Assembly (NCBI GenBank): GCA_963815095.1
Contig: CAWFFH010000003.1
Coordinates: 1,312,001 to 1,376,000, forward strand
Direction: 5' to 3'
DNA length: 64,000 bases
DNA from: Candidatus Bathyarchaeota archaeon
GTDB taxonomy: Archaea; Thermoproteota; Bathyarchaeia; Bathyarchaeales; Bathycorpusculaceae
The notes under the pieces were generated by a model that did no database searches, was not told the origin of the DNA, and saw only the letters and a list, made by a program, of their open reading frames with translations. The first letter of the stretch is position 1. The number at the start of each line of letters is the position of its first letter. The translations under genes were made by a program, and so were the position numbers. Of this stretch, positions 42,851 through 52,920 are shown in pieces.

Positions 42851-45481
42851 ATGAAAACTCTAAAGAATAAATCATTAGCAATTTTGATTGCTATAATTTT
42901 AGTATCATCTAGCGCTTTTACACTTGTTTCTCTACCAACTGCCAAGGCACATACACCGCCCTGGTCAATTCAAACAACTGCTTACCTATCTGCTGAACCT
43001 AACCCCGTTGGTGTTGGTCAACAAATGGAAATTGTGATGGCACTCAACTGGGTATGGCCAGGAGCCCTCATACAAAACGACATCAGACCCCACAACTTCA
43101 CATTGACAATTACGAAACCTGACGGAAACACAGAAGTAAGCTCGTACGATCCTTATGACTCTGGATCTTCAAGATTTATTCTCTACACACCCAACCAAGT
43201 TGGCAACTACACCTTGAAGTTCGATTACCCAGGCGAAGTATACCATTATGCAAACTATGCAACAACACACCCCGGCATACCAACCAGCAGTTATTATGCA
43301 AATGATGCTTACGAAAACGACACTTTCCTAGGCTCCTCCGCATCTGCACAATTTACAGTGCAACAAGAACCCGTAGCGAAACTCCCATCTACTCCGCTTC
43401 CAACCGAATACTGGACACGCCCTGTATTTGGTGAAAACACTGCATGGCAACCCATTTTATCAAACTGGGTAGGTGGAGCACAAGTTGCAGATCGATGGCA
43501 AAAAGATGGCTCAGCACCTACAAGTGCACACATAATGTGGACACAACCAGCCAGACTCGGCGGAATACTCACAGGAACCTCTGACCCACAAGGGCAAGCC
43601 TACCTCGGGTTCTCATATGAAGATGCCTTCGGAAGCCCACTAATTATCGGCGGAATATTATTCTTTAAAGCACCATTGAACCATGCAGGAACTCAGGGAG
43701 ACTTTAAAGCATTAGATCTACGCACAGGCCAAACGCTCTGGACAAATCCAGCCTTAAACGGCATTAGCGCTACGCAACCTGTTAAAGGTCAACTCTTGGA
43801 TTTCCAGCAAGCTGATCAACATGGAATCACAGGCGGTTTACTATGGCAGGTCATTGGCTCTACATGGGTTGGCTATGACGTCTTCACCGGAAACTGGGTA
43901 TGTAACTTAACTGGTGTACCTTCAGGTACCGAAGTTTATACTCCAACTGGCGACATACTACGCTACACGCTAAGCTACAATGCAACCAAAGGTTCAGGTT
44001 ACTTAGCTTTATGGAATAATACACAAGCAATGACAAACGCACCTGCTAGCGCCGCAAGTTATGGAATCGGCCAACAAATCAGAATTAACGGACAAGTTAT
44101 TGATGCAAGCCAAAGCACAGGCGACCGCAACAGTTACACATGGAACGTTTCAATACCGACTTTACCAACAGGTACCCTGTCTAATCCTTCCATAGTTGGC
44201 ATCATCCCAGGCGACATGATATTAGCCACTACAAGCTCTATTGCGCTATCTGCAATTCCAGTAGTTCCAACAAATTCTTGGAACATGTTCGCCATAAGCG
44301 ATAAGCCAGACACAAGAGGCCAAATTCTATGGTCTAAAACCTATGATCCAGCTCCAAACAACTATACCATTATGTTAGCATGGTATCCAATCGATCCAAT
44401 CAACAAAGTTTGGACAATGACATATGCTGACTCAGGACAACGACTAGGCTTTAGCATGCTCGATGGGTCTCAACTTTGGGGTCCAGTAGGTATTCCAGAC
44501 AGCGACATTAATGGAGCCGGTTTACAATACTACAGCTCAAGAGAAGGCTCAGCAGCTTACGGCAACCTCTATGTCAGTGGTTATGGTGGACAAGTCATTG
44601 CCTACTCGATGCTAAACGGAACAACATTGTGGACATTCGACAGCATTAACAGCGGAACAGAAACGCCTTGGGGCAAATATCCAATCCACGTAGGCGCTTT
44701 TGCCGATGGAATGGTCTTTGCTTTCTCCGGCGAACATTCACCGAACACCCCGATCTACAAAGGATACAGAGTCTACGCACTTAATGCCACCACAGGCGAA
44801 CAAATATGGAATTTGCTTGACTGGTCAGCTTCAGGTCTAGGAACCTCACTTGCAAACACTGCAATCGCAGACGGTTACATGGCATTCCTAAACGGATACG
44901 ATGAACAAGTATACGTTGTAGGCAAAGGCCCAAGCGCAATGACAGTTTCAGCACCCGACATTGTTCCACAATTAGGTGCATCTATCACCATAAGAGGCAC
45001 AATCACAGACATTTCTGCAGGCACAAAACAAGAAGAGCAAGCAGCACGCTTCCCCAACGGAGTTCCAGTAGTCTCTGACGAAAGCCAAACTGACTGGATG
45101 CAATACGTCTACGAACAACAACCCTTGCCAATGACAACAGTCGGTGTTCCAATCACTTTGAGTGTTGTTGACGCAAACGGCAACTATAGAACAATTGGCT
45201 CCACCACAAGCAGCAACGGATTCTTCAGCTTTAACTGGAAACCAGACATAGTCGGCCCATACACAGTTTACGCATCATTCGCTGGTTCAGAATCTTACTA
45301 TTCATCAAGCGCAATGACTTCATTTAGCGTTGACCAAGCAGCAACACCAGCCCCAACAGCAGCACCTTTATCGGACGTTGCAACTAATGCGAACTTAATG
45401 ACCTTCATGGTAATTGGAGTAATCGCAATAATCATTGCAATCGCCATAGTCGGATTTTTAGTTCTCAGAAAAAGGGCCTAA
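42851..45481 (+). CDS. Secreted PQQ-binding-like beta-propeller repeat protein (paralog 4)
   Basis: AHTPPW, LPTEYW, LDLRTGQTLW, EHSP, TM-RKRA. Confidence 0.9.
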   Translation: MKTLKNKSLAILIAIILVSSSAFTLVSLPTAKAHTPPWSIQTTAYLSAEPNPVGVGQQMEIVMALNWVWPGALIQNDIRPHNFTLTITKPDGNTEVSSYDPYDSGSSRFILYTPNQVGNYTLKFDYPGEVYHYANYATTHPGIPTSSYYANDAYENDTFLGSSASAQFTVQQEPVAKLPSTPLPTEYWTRPVFGENTAWQPILSNWVGGAQVADRWQKDGSAPTSAHIMWTQPARLGGILTGTSDPQGQAYLGFSYEDAFGSPLIIGGILFFKAPLNHAGTQGDFKALDLRTGQTLWTNPALNGISATQPVKGQLLDFQQADQHGITGGLLWQVIGSTWVGYDVFTGNWVCNLTGVPSGTEVYTPTGDILRYTLSYNATKGSGYLALWNNTQAMTNAPASAASYGIGQQIRINGQVIDASQSTGDRNSYTWNVSIPTLPTGTLSNPSIVGIIPGDMILATTSSIALSAIPVVPTNSWNMFAISDKPDTRGQILWSKTYDPAPNNYTIMLAWYPIDPINKVWTMTYADSGQRLGFSMLDGSQLWGPVGIPDSDINGAGLQYYSSREGSAAYGNLYVSGYGGQVIAYSMLNGTTLWTFDSINSGTETPWGKYPIHVGAFADGMVFAFSGEHSPNTPIYKGYRVYALNATTGEQIWNLLDWSASGLGTSLANTAIADGYMAFLNGYDEQVYVVGKGPSAMTVSAPDIVPQLGASITIRGTITDISAGTKQEEQAARFPNGVPVVSDESQTDWMQYVYEQQPLPMTTVGVPITLSVVDANGNYRTIGSTTSSNGFFSFNWKPDIVGPYTVYASFAGSESYYSSSAMTSFSVDQAATPAPTAAPLSDVATNANLMTFMVIGVIAIIIAIAIVGFLVLRKRA

Positions 45482-46226
45482 ACTGACTACCAAAAACTAA
45501 ACCTCTTCCTTTTCTTTTTTTAATTTTTTAAAATTTTAAACATGAAATTACTTTTGGTTAATTAGTGGTGATTGTTGTTGCAACCGTTGTGCAAAATTTA
45601 GTTGCAACAACAACAACTTCTATTACCAACGTTGATTTTCTTCCTTTTAACTTTGAAGTTGGAAGGTTAGGTTTTGTTAATTTAGTAGATGTAACTGTTG
45701 ATTTGCAGAATCGGGTTGCAGCAGCATCAGCAGCAACTTCTCTGGCTCCAAATGGCTCAGGTTAAGATTGTGATTTGGGTTAGTTTTTGATAGATGACAC
45801 TGCTGCTGTGCAAAATGGTTGTTGTATCATCATCACCTCATCATCTTCTCCTGGGTCATAATATCAATCTTGGATCTTTTGTCTTATTTATAGAAATCTT
45901 TGAAAGAAGAAGGAAATTTTCCTGTAGGGAAAGCCGTTTTTCTTCTTCTACAATCTGCAAAAAGTGATAAGACGAGCCACATTGCCTATAGGCGCCTGAA
46001 TTGTTGGGAAATCGTCTGGAACAACAATTGTTTTGGTATGAGTATAATTATGGAGATGGGGATGGGTTTTGTTGAGTTACAATTTTTCTCTTCTTTAGAC
46101 TAAGAAAGTAATATTCGTAAGAAAGAGAGCGTGTTCCAACACGAGCTTAACGAGAAAATAGCGCTTGCTTCTTTGGCAAGTTTTAAAAGCTGATAACCAT
46201 AAAAATAGCAAGAAAGGTAATTCCGA

Positions 46227-47075
46227 ATGCAAAAACTAGAACTACAGGATCTTAGTGCAGGGTATGGTCTGGAAGAGGTAATTCACAAAATCAATCTTAA
46301 GCTGACTGTACCCTCGATCTACGTAGTGTTGGGGCCAAATGGCGCGGGAAAAACCACTCTTTTTAGGGCTATTTGTGGCATCTTGAAACCTTTTTCCGGT
46401 AATATCAAGCTAGACGAGGAGGATTTATTCAATTCAAAAGAAGCTAGGCGAAAGGTTGCCTACCTTTCTCACTTAAATGCCCTTCCAGAGGAAATGACAG
46501 TCTTCGATTGCTTGAAGTATTACGCTGATATCGAATCTGGAGATGTTGAGCGGGTCATTAATCTTTTAGACCTCGAAAATCTCCGAAATAAAAAATTTAT
46601 TTCTCTCTCACAGGGACAAAAAAAGAGAGTGTCCATTGGAAAAATCTTTCTTAGGGAAAGAGACCTGTACCTTCTAGACGAGCCTACCTCTAATGTGGAC
46701 CCAAAAATCTCCAAAGAAATAAGACAAATACTAACTGAGCTCAGCAAAGACAAGTTTGTTCTTTACTCATCCCATAATCTGTTTGAAGCAAGAGAAATAG
46801 GCACTTATCTAATTGTGATAAAGAATGGAACGTTATCCTATTTTGACAAAATAGAAAACGTAAAGACAAGACAGTACCGGGTAGGTTTCAAGTCACTAAA
46901 TGATATTTCAAAATTGCTTCCAAAATCCAAGCTTGAGAATGGATACTTTGTAATTACTGTGCAAAGCCCAGAGGAGGTAGCTGAGATTGTTAATAGAATT
47001 GTTGCAGAGGGCGCCAAAATCGTTGAACTGCGCGAACTAGACAATCCTTTGCAGGAGTTCTTTGAGGAGGGGTAA
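46227..47075 (+). CDS. ABC transporter ATP-binding protein (export type)
   Basis: GPNGAGKT, LSQGQ, LLDEP, SSH. Confidence 0.92.
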   Translation: MQKLELQDLSAGYGLEEVIHKINLKLTVPSIYVVLGPNGAGKTTLFRAICGILKPFSGNIKLDEEDLFNSKEARRKVAYLSHLNALPEEMTVFDCLKYYADIESGDVERVINLLDLENLRNKKFISLSQGQKKRVSIGKIFLRERDLYLLDEPTSNVDPKISKEIRQILTELSKDKFVLYSSHNLFEAREIGTYLIVIKNGTLSYFDKIENVKTRQYRVGFKSLNDISKLLPKSKLENGYFVITVQSPEEVAEIVNRIVAEGAKIVELRELDNPLQEFFEEG

Positions 47076-47077
47076 AT

Positions 47078-47788
47078 GTGAGTTTTTGGAAAGTTACCAT
47101 GAAGAGAAGCACCCGCCTGAGTAGGAGTTATGCTATCATTGGTGCAATCACAACGATATACGGGGTGGTTCTCTCTAACCTCATGACGGTAATTCCATCA
47201 ATAATTCCTTCTGATATGAGCACCCCCATACCAATTGACTTGACAAGCAGTTTTCCGCTCCTTTCAGTTGCCTTGCTGTCTATGTCAGCTGTACTTTTTG
47301 CTTTGCCTGTAATTATGCTCTATGTGTATGACAAAAACAACGGCGTTTTGGAATATCTCCTTTCAACTGGTCTTGACCAGCTAGACATCTTCAAAGGGTA
47401 TGTAAAAGCCTCTTTAGTCCTAGCAACCTGCTTGTTGGTCTTTGCTATAACATTAAACACGGTTATCGGTATTTTGCTAGGAACCAGTTTTGTTATGCTG
47501 ACTACTATTGCAATTCTTACATTTGCAATCGGTATCTCAGAAGTATTTCTTGTGAGCGTGTGCATGGTAGCTTTTAGCTCTCTGCAGAGAACACCTATGG
47601 GAGCAAACCAGCCGTTAGGTGTTGTCATTGGCATTGTTCCAATGTTTCCCGCTTTGATATTGCCAGTTCTTTTTCCCCCTTATGCTGTAATAGTTGATTT
47701 AACGATTGCTGGAATTACCTTGCTTGCTTCGTCAGCACTATTACTCTCTACAAGTCGCCTAATTCGTAGGGAAAAACTACTGCCTTAA
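47078..47788 (+). CDS. ABC-2-type transporter permease
   Basis: Six TM helices, DKNNGVLEYLLS motif; directly follows the ATPase. Confidence 0.8.
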   Translation: MSFWKVTMKRSTRLSRSYAIIGAITTIYGVVLSNLMTVIPSIIPSDMSTPIPIDLTSSFPLLSVALLSMSAVLFALPVIMLYVYDKNNGVLEYLLSTGLDQLDIFKGYVKASLVLATCLLVFAITLNTVIGILLGTSFVMLTTIAILTFAIGISEVFLVSVCMVAFSSLQRTPMGANQPLGVVIGIVPMFPALILPVLFPPYAVIVDLTIAGITLLASSALLLSTSRLIRREKLLP

Positions 47789-48285
47789 TTACAAACAAAG
47801 AATAATTCCCTATATTTTTTGGGAACTAAACGAGTCTTAGTTCAAGATATTTTGTACGTCTACAGAAGTTGTATAGCTTCTTGTCTTGGAATAGCGACCA
47901 TAGTCTCTGTTGCCACGATGTCCGCAAAGCCTAGATATTTTTCAAAAATGACTTTATGGGTAGAATGTTCACGTGACCCAGTTAACGTACGCTGTATTTT
48001 GGGAATTCCTGAGGTCTTCTCGGGATTGTTGTTGCAAGGTAACACCCACAAAATTATAATAATGAAAATCATCGATAACTTTTTGATGCGCAATGTGTAA
48101 CCTCCCAAATATGCAAGCCTCGGATCTCAAAGAACTCTCGCGACCGAATGAGGGTCATCCTGAGGTTGAATTTTTGATGCTTGCTTGTGAGTTGCTGGCA
48201 GAAGCCTGAAGCGAACTCCAAAGGGCTTCAGAATTTGTCTCATAGCGGACAGGTTAAATGAGCATAAAGGCCTTCCAAAAACTGT

Positions 48286-48396
48286 GGGATAAAGAGGAAG
48301 AAATGTTTTACGCGTTTAAGCTTTTCATCACAACAACTGAAAAACAAAATAATAAAATCAAATCTGATATGGTGCGGACAAAGAACTGGGGATGGG
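48286..48396 (-). repeat. Diverged copy of the tRNA-Cys 3' end plus ~100 bp of its downstream flank (attR-like)
   Basis: Aligns with 57161-57274; identical runs CAAAATAATAAAATCAAATCT, TCATCACAACAA and CTGGGGATGGG. Confidence 0.85.
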
Positions 48397-48450
48397 CTTT
48401 TGATTGAAGTACGATTCCCTACCCCGCTTAGGCTTCAAAGGAAATGTTTG
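48386..48450. repeat. tRNA-derived hairpin repeat R, copy 1
   Basis: CTGGGGATGGGCTTTTGATTGAAGTACGATTCCCTACCCCGCTTAGGCTTCAAAGGA; homologs at 50069 and 53535. Confidence 0.8.
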
Positions 48451-48690
48451 CATACATATTACCGATCCTCAAGCAGTTGGAGTGGCTTATAAAATTGGGC
48501 ATCATCCGCAAGTGAGTTGGATTTGAACCCGTCAGCCAGTGGAGAAATCACCTGCATCACCTCATTTTTTCTCAATTTTTCGTCAAGATAGTGTGAAACT
48601 TTCCATACAATTTCTCCCACAGGTTACACCCTAAATAACATATATAATTAGGAAGATTGTAAGGTGATTTTACGATATGGAGGATAGGGT

Positions 48691-49956
48691 TTGGCTTTAG
48701 ACCCAGTGCTGAGAGCAATAGTAACCATCTGTATTTTGGTTTTCTCAGCCAAGGTGCTGGGCGAAATTTTCTCATGGAGAAAAATCCCCTCAGTTCTGGG
48801 TGAATTGCTTGCGGGAATTCTACTTGGACCCTTCGCATTTGGCTCCATAATAGCAATAAACGGAACATCTCTAATTCAGATAAATGATGTTGTAAAAGCA
48901 TTCGGCGAAATAGGGGGCATACTCATCCTTTTCGTTGCAGGTTTAGAGATGACTTTTAGAGATTTCCGAAAAGTCGGCACGGCAGGTTTTACAATAGGAG
49001 CAATAGGTGTTATCGTTCCGTTCATAATGGGTTACGGACTTTCATTTGCCCTTGGATTAGACATTATAACAGGTTTGGTAGTTGGTTCAGCACTTGTTGC
49101 TACAAGCATCTCCATTACAGCTTTGGTTTTACAAGAAATAAATCAAAGCAGAAAAGCGGAATCAAGAATGATGATTAGCGCTGCTGTTGTAGATGATGTA
49201 TTGGGACTTGCAATTTTAGGTGTCATCGTTTCATTCATATCTACATCGGCTCCTATCACTCCAATAAGCGTGATTACCATAATTTTCACCTCTCTTGCCC
49301 TTTGGCTTACCCTGACAGTTTTCGCTGCTTTTATCCTTCCAAAAATTATTAATTTTTTCTCCAAAGGGACGGAAGCAACAACAGAGGCTGCAGCCACGGC
49401 ATCATGTTTTGGTGCATCAGCATTAGCGGCTGTTTTAGGATTATCGCCTATTGTGGGTGCATTTGCTGCAGGTATGGCTATAGCGAGCTCTCATGCAATT
49501 GAGAAAATACGTGATTACACCAAAAAGATAAGTATTATTTTTTCTCCAGTTTTCTTTGGATTAGCAGGTGCACAATTTGATATTAGAAGCTTTTTTACTT
49601 TAGATTGGTTCTTCTACGTTTTCTTTATCGCACTTGTTATTGTAGCCATAGTTAGCAAAATGGTGGGATGCGGGTTGCCAGCTATTTTCTTTTTGAAAGA
49701 CCGTTCTAAGGGAATCAAAGTTGGTTATGGGATGATTTCAAGAGGAGAGGTGGGACTTATTGTGGCTGGTGTTGCAATTTCAGCGGGTGCTATTTCTCAA
49801 AGCATTTATGCAGCAATCTTGGGGATGATTATGATTACGACTGTTTTGGCACCGCTACTTCTGAGGAGAGCCTACGATAAAGATCCTCCTGAAGAAGTAT
49901 TAACAGAAGACAAGACAAATGCCCCCGACTACATACCGACTTATCCACTTGACTAA
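48691..49956 (+). CDS. Cation:proton antiporter (CPA2 family)
   Basis: LGELLAGILLGP, LFVAGLE, ATSISIT, AAVVDDVLG, MISRGEVGL. Confidence 0.92.
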   Translation: MALDPVLRAIVTICILVFSAKVLGEIFSWRKIPSVLGELLAGILLGPFAFGSIIAINGTSLIQINDVVKAFGEIGGILILFVAGLEMTFRDFRKVGTAGFTIGAIGVIVPFIMGYGLSFALGLDIITGLVVGSALVATSISITALVLQEINQSRKAESRMMISAAVVDDVLGLAILGVIVSFISTSAPITPISVITIIFTSLALWLTLTVFAAFILPKIINFFSKGTEATTEAAATASCFGASALAAVLGLSPIVGAFAAGMAIASSHAIEKIRDYTKKISIIFSPVFFGLAGAQFDIRSFFTLDWFFYVFFIALVIVAIVSKMVGCGLPAIFFLKDRSKGIKVGYGMISRGEVGLIVAGVAISAGAISQSIYAAILGMIMITTVLAPLLLRRAYDKDPPEEVLTEDKTNAPDYIPTYPLD

Positions 49957-50068
49957 AACTTCAAAAGTATAGTAGATCTACTAAAAGTACCTAACTTAAA
50001 CTTGGCTTAATAATTATAGAATGGTTTTTCTTCACAGAAATTGGAGGAACCGAACTCGAATTATGGAT

Positions 50069-50133
50069 TGGGGGAAGGGCTTTTGAGTTGAAGTACGATT
50101 CCCGACCCCGTTTGGATTTCAAGGGAGTGGTTT
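50069..50133. repeat. tRNA-derived hairpin repeat R, copy 2
   Basis: TGGGGGAAGGGCTTTTGAGTTGAAGTACGATTCCCGACCCCGTTTGGATTTCAAGGGA. Confidence 0.8.
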
Positions 50134-50170
50134 AAGACTGGTCCAAAAAAGTACATATTCGCACAGCGTG

Positions 50171-50198
50171 TGGCGGGCCCGCTGGGTCTCAGACCCAA
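50171..50198 (-). repeat. Degenerate tRNA 3'-end fragment (T-arm + acceptor strand + CCA)
   Basis: Minus strand TTGGG-TCTGAGA-CCCAG-CGGGCCC-G-CCA; no 5' half found. Confidence 0.65.
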
Positions 50199-50493
50199 AT
50201 AGGTTCGGAACCCTCATGCTTGCAGCTTCTAATCGGTCGTTTATTGTTGATGTAACGTAGTCAGCTCAGTCTAGTTTATCTTTTAGCCGACCAAAATTTA
50301 GGCTGCTAAAGATTTCTATCGCTATTTGGTTTCTTTCTTTATCGTTTGCCATTTTTATTCACTTTCCTTTCTTGTGACAAACGAAAAAACGAGAAAAAGC
50401 TACCTGCTCCAATAGTTGCCTGAAGAAATATTTCGATTGCTTAAAAATTCTTTAGGTTGCTAAATTGAAGCCTTGGATAGCTGGTTTGTTGTA

Positions 50494-50658
50494 CTAGAGT
50501 TTTCTTTTGGCTTTGCCGATATCTTCTTGGATTTTTCCTTTAACTTTTTCGGCTTCGCCTTTAATTATTTGACCAGTGTTGCCAGTAACCTTGCCAGCTG
50601 CTACGCGGGTTTTGCCTTCTTCTTTTTTGAGCTTACCTTTAATTTCATCTTTACTCAT
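50494..50658 (-). CDS. csbD: CsbD-like stress protein (absent from ORF track)
   Basis: MSKDEIKGKLKKEEGKTRVAAGKVTGNTGQIIKGEAEKVKGKIQEDIGKAKRKL, 54 aa. Confidence 0.8.
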   Translation of the reverse strand: MSKDEIKGKLKKEEGKTRVAAGKVTGNTGQIIKGEAEKVKGKIQEDIGKAKRKL

Positions 50659-50691
50659 AAAATTCCACTAAAGACTGGTGACTCCGCGATT

Positions 50692-50711
50692 TTATTAAAC
50701 CTATGTGACTG
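50692..50711 (-). promoter_or_regulatory. CAGTCACA-N4-TATA promoter motif
   Basis: Minus strand CAGTCACA tagg TTTAATAA upstream of csbD. Confidence 0.6.
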
Positions 50712-50878
50712 CTATTAAGCACCAACAGGCAACAACCATTGCTTTAAGGGCATTATGTTACATTAAATGAAGCATTTGTTTTGTCAAGAACTATTATTAT
50801 TTTTGTAACTGTCGAGCCCCAACAACAAACTAATATACGGCAGTCTGGCGAAGGTTTAATGTACTAAGGCGACTATAA

Positions 50879-51268
50879 TTGAGTAAACCTCTTACAAATC
50901 AAGATGCTTCAAATATTTTGTCCAATGTTCCCGAGGAGAAGGCTTTCTATTTTTTTACCTCAGAGGGAGTTTACACAAAAGTTTCGGCAATTAGCCTCCC
51001 AGATTTTGCAGCCAAATTGGAAAGCGTAGACTCTGGTTCTATTTTGTTTCATTATCCACGGGGTGATTTCCAAGCTTGGATAAGAGATGTAGTAAAAGAC
51101 AATGTGTTGGCCGGGAGAATGTGTTTTATAGAGCGAGATCTTTCGGGAGAGAAGCTAAGGCAAGAATTGTTAAAAATAGTGCAAAAAAGAATAAATGAAC
51201 TCAAAGATACAAAACAAGAAGTATTCCCCCCCAGCCTTTGTAATAAGGATGGCTTGTGCCTGTCTTAA
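50879..51268 (+). CDS. DUF5752-like protein
   Basis: ILSNVPEEKAFYF...SILFHYPRGDFQAWIRDVVKDNVLA. Confidence 0.75.
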   Translation: MSKPLTNQDASNILSNVPEEKAFYFFTSEGVYTKVSAISLPDFAAKLESVDSGSILFHYPRGDFQAWIRDVVKDNVLAGRMCFIERDLSGEKLRQELLKIVQKRINELKDTKQEVFPPSLCNKDGLCLS

Positions 51269-51395
51269 TACAAACAATCATTCAACAGGCACTTAGAAAA
51301 AGCTCACGCTAACAAATCTGTTAATTTGACAGATGTGATAAAAATTCGTAGCGACGCGACTCCTTAACAATTAAATTATCAATATATCGGTAACA

Positions 51396-52178
51396 TTAGA
51401 TCTTGGTTCTTTCTGTTATTTCGCTTCCCTCAAAGACAGACAATTTCGGTTTTCCACCGCTTATTTCTACCATCGTGTTATGGAGAGATGAATCAGTCAC
51501 CCAACAGCCAGTGTTCACAACGTTCTCAGCATCGTTTATGAAAGGGTGATGCGTGTGTCCAAAAACCAATATTTCATCCTCCTTGATTTTGGACGATGCA
51601 ATATGCTCTATATCTTTCAGAATATCGGATAATCGTTTTTCCGGGGGCTTCGTTACTCCGCCGAAGAGGTCTTCAAAGTTCTCTATCGGGTCGTACATAA
51701 CATGGCATAGGGCTTCCATTATTGCAGTTTTCTGGTGGGGATCAAACTCGAGACCGTGGCATATCACGTAGGTGTATTTTCCATCTGTGAATTTCAAGTC
51801 TTTCGCAAAACTGAAAGGGTAAGAATGATTCCGCATTTGGAGGACATGGTAGTCATGGTTTCCCGCGACGTAATGTACCCTCATTTTCTACTTCAAATTG
51901 ATAATCTTCTGTACGATGTCCCAGTTTTCCAGAAACACTCCAGCGGCGTCACGTCTCCACATATCTACGATATCTCCAAGCAGCACTAAGTCGGTGGTCT
52001 CCGTATCATCCTGCAGGCTGTCGAGAAAACGGTTAAACGCGTCTTTATCCGCGTTTTTGTAGCCAAGATGGATGTCTGATACTATTTTTAGTTTCAGATG
52101 CTGCCCATTATTGGCTGAAATTGTGTTGCCCTGTTTTTCACTCGTTTTACCGATATTAAACATTGGTGAAATCGTCAT
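51396..52178 (-). CDS. Calcineurin-like metallophosphoesterase (LpxH-like), one frameshift near 51885
   Basis: SDIHLG, LGDIVD, GNHD, CHG, FGHTH, NTGCW across ORFs 51888-52178 and 51396-51884. Confidence 0.85.
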
Positions 52179-52354
52179 TAACTTTACCTCAAAAATGAAA
52201 CTGCATAAAAACTTTGTCGGAAGGTCTATTTTAGGCTACTTGTCGATACTTAAAATGATATCCTTAATCCTTGCCATCTCGCAAACGTTATTTTGGTGTT
52301 CATTAAAAAAGTTGGGAGGCAGCTTTTTGCGCTGCTTATGTTTCTTTGTTGATG

Positions 52355-52513
52355 TTATATTCTGCGTCCTGTTAGTAGTCTGTAAAGTATTATGAGGATG
52401 GCAATGACAAGGAGTACCCATACGATGGTGCCGAGGTTGAAGATGAAAAAGCCCAGAAGCCATAGCAAAACAAGGATCAAAGCTACTGCGAAAAGAAAAT
52501 CAAGTGCTCGCAT
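52355..52513 (-). CDS. lmo0937/DUF5670-like two-TM small membrane protein (absent from ORF track)
   Basis: MRALDFLFAVALILVLLWLLGFFIFNLGTIVWVLLVIAILIILYRLLTGRRI, 52 aa. Confidence 0.75.
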   Translation of the reverse strand: MRALDFLFAVALILVLLWLLGFFIFNLGTIVWVLLVIAILIILYRLLTGRRI

Positions 52514-52548
52514 TTTCAAAAACTCTATTTACCCTTAACTCGCTAGCC

Positions 52549-52568
52549 TATTTTAAGCTGTGTGACTG
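52549..52568 (-). promoter_or_regulatory. CAGTCACA-N4-TATA promoter motif
   Basis: Minus strand CAGTCACA cagc TTAAAATA upstream of the 52355-52513 gene. Confidence 0.6.
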
Positions 52569-52920
52569 TCAATTAACAGTAACAGCTTGATTGCGTCTTT
52601 AATTTAACTTCTTTTTTTCTTAGCAATGTTTTGTCAATCAAATTTTGAGTAATGATTAGCTTTACATTTGTACTCCGATGTTTCCAGAGGAAATGAAATT
52701 AATAACTTGGTCTATAGCGCCCAAAAATCAGCAGCTCCAAACAAGTAAGGGGTGGCTACAGAGACTATTAAATGCCCGTTGTTTCAGTTAAACAGTCATA
52801 ATCTTAAAATAGATTCCAACGTAAACTAAGTATGAAAATTTTGATACGCCCTAACTCTGCTATCTGACTACACATCGCGGTTTTGAGGGCAATCTAATTT
52901 TTGAAAGAGGTTATTACTAT

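Noticed and set aside
17426-45481. Diversity-generating retroelement acting on the propeller paralogs
   Set aside because: No reverse transcriptase and no template/variable repeat pair with adenine-specific differences seen; divergence looks like ordinary paralogy
47860-48250. Gene between the ABC permease and the island boundary
   Set aside because: Fragmented frames with no recognisable family; possibly a pseudogene but not supportable
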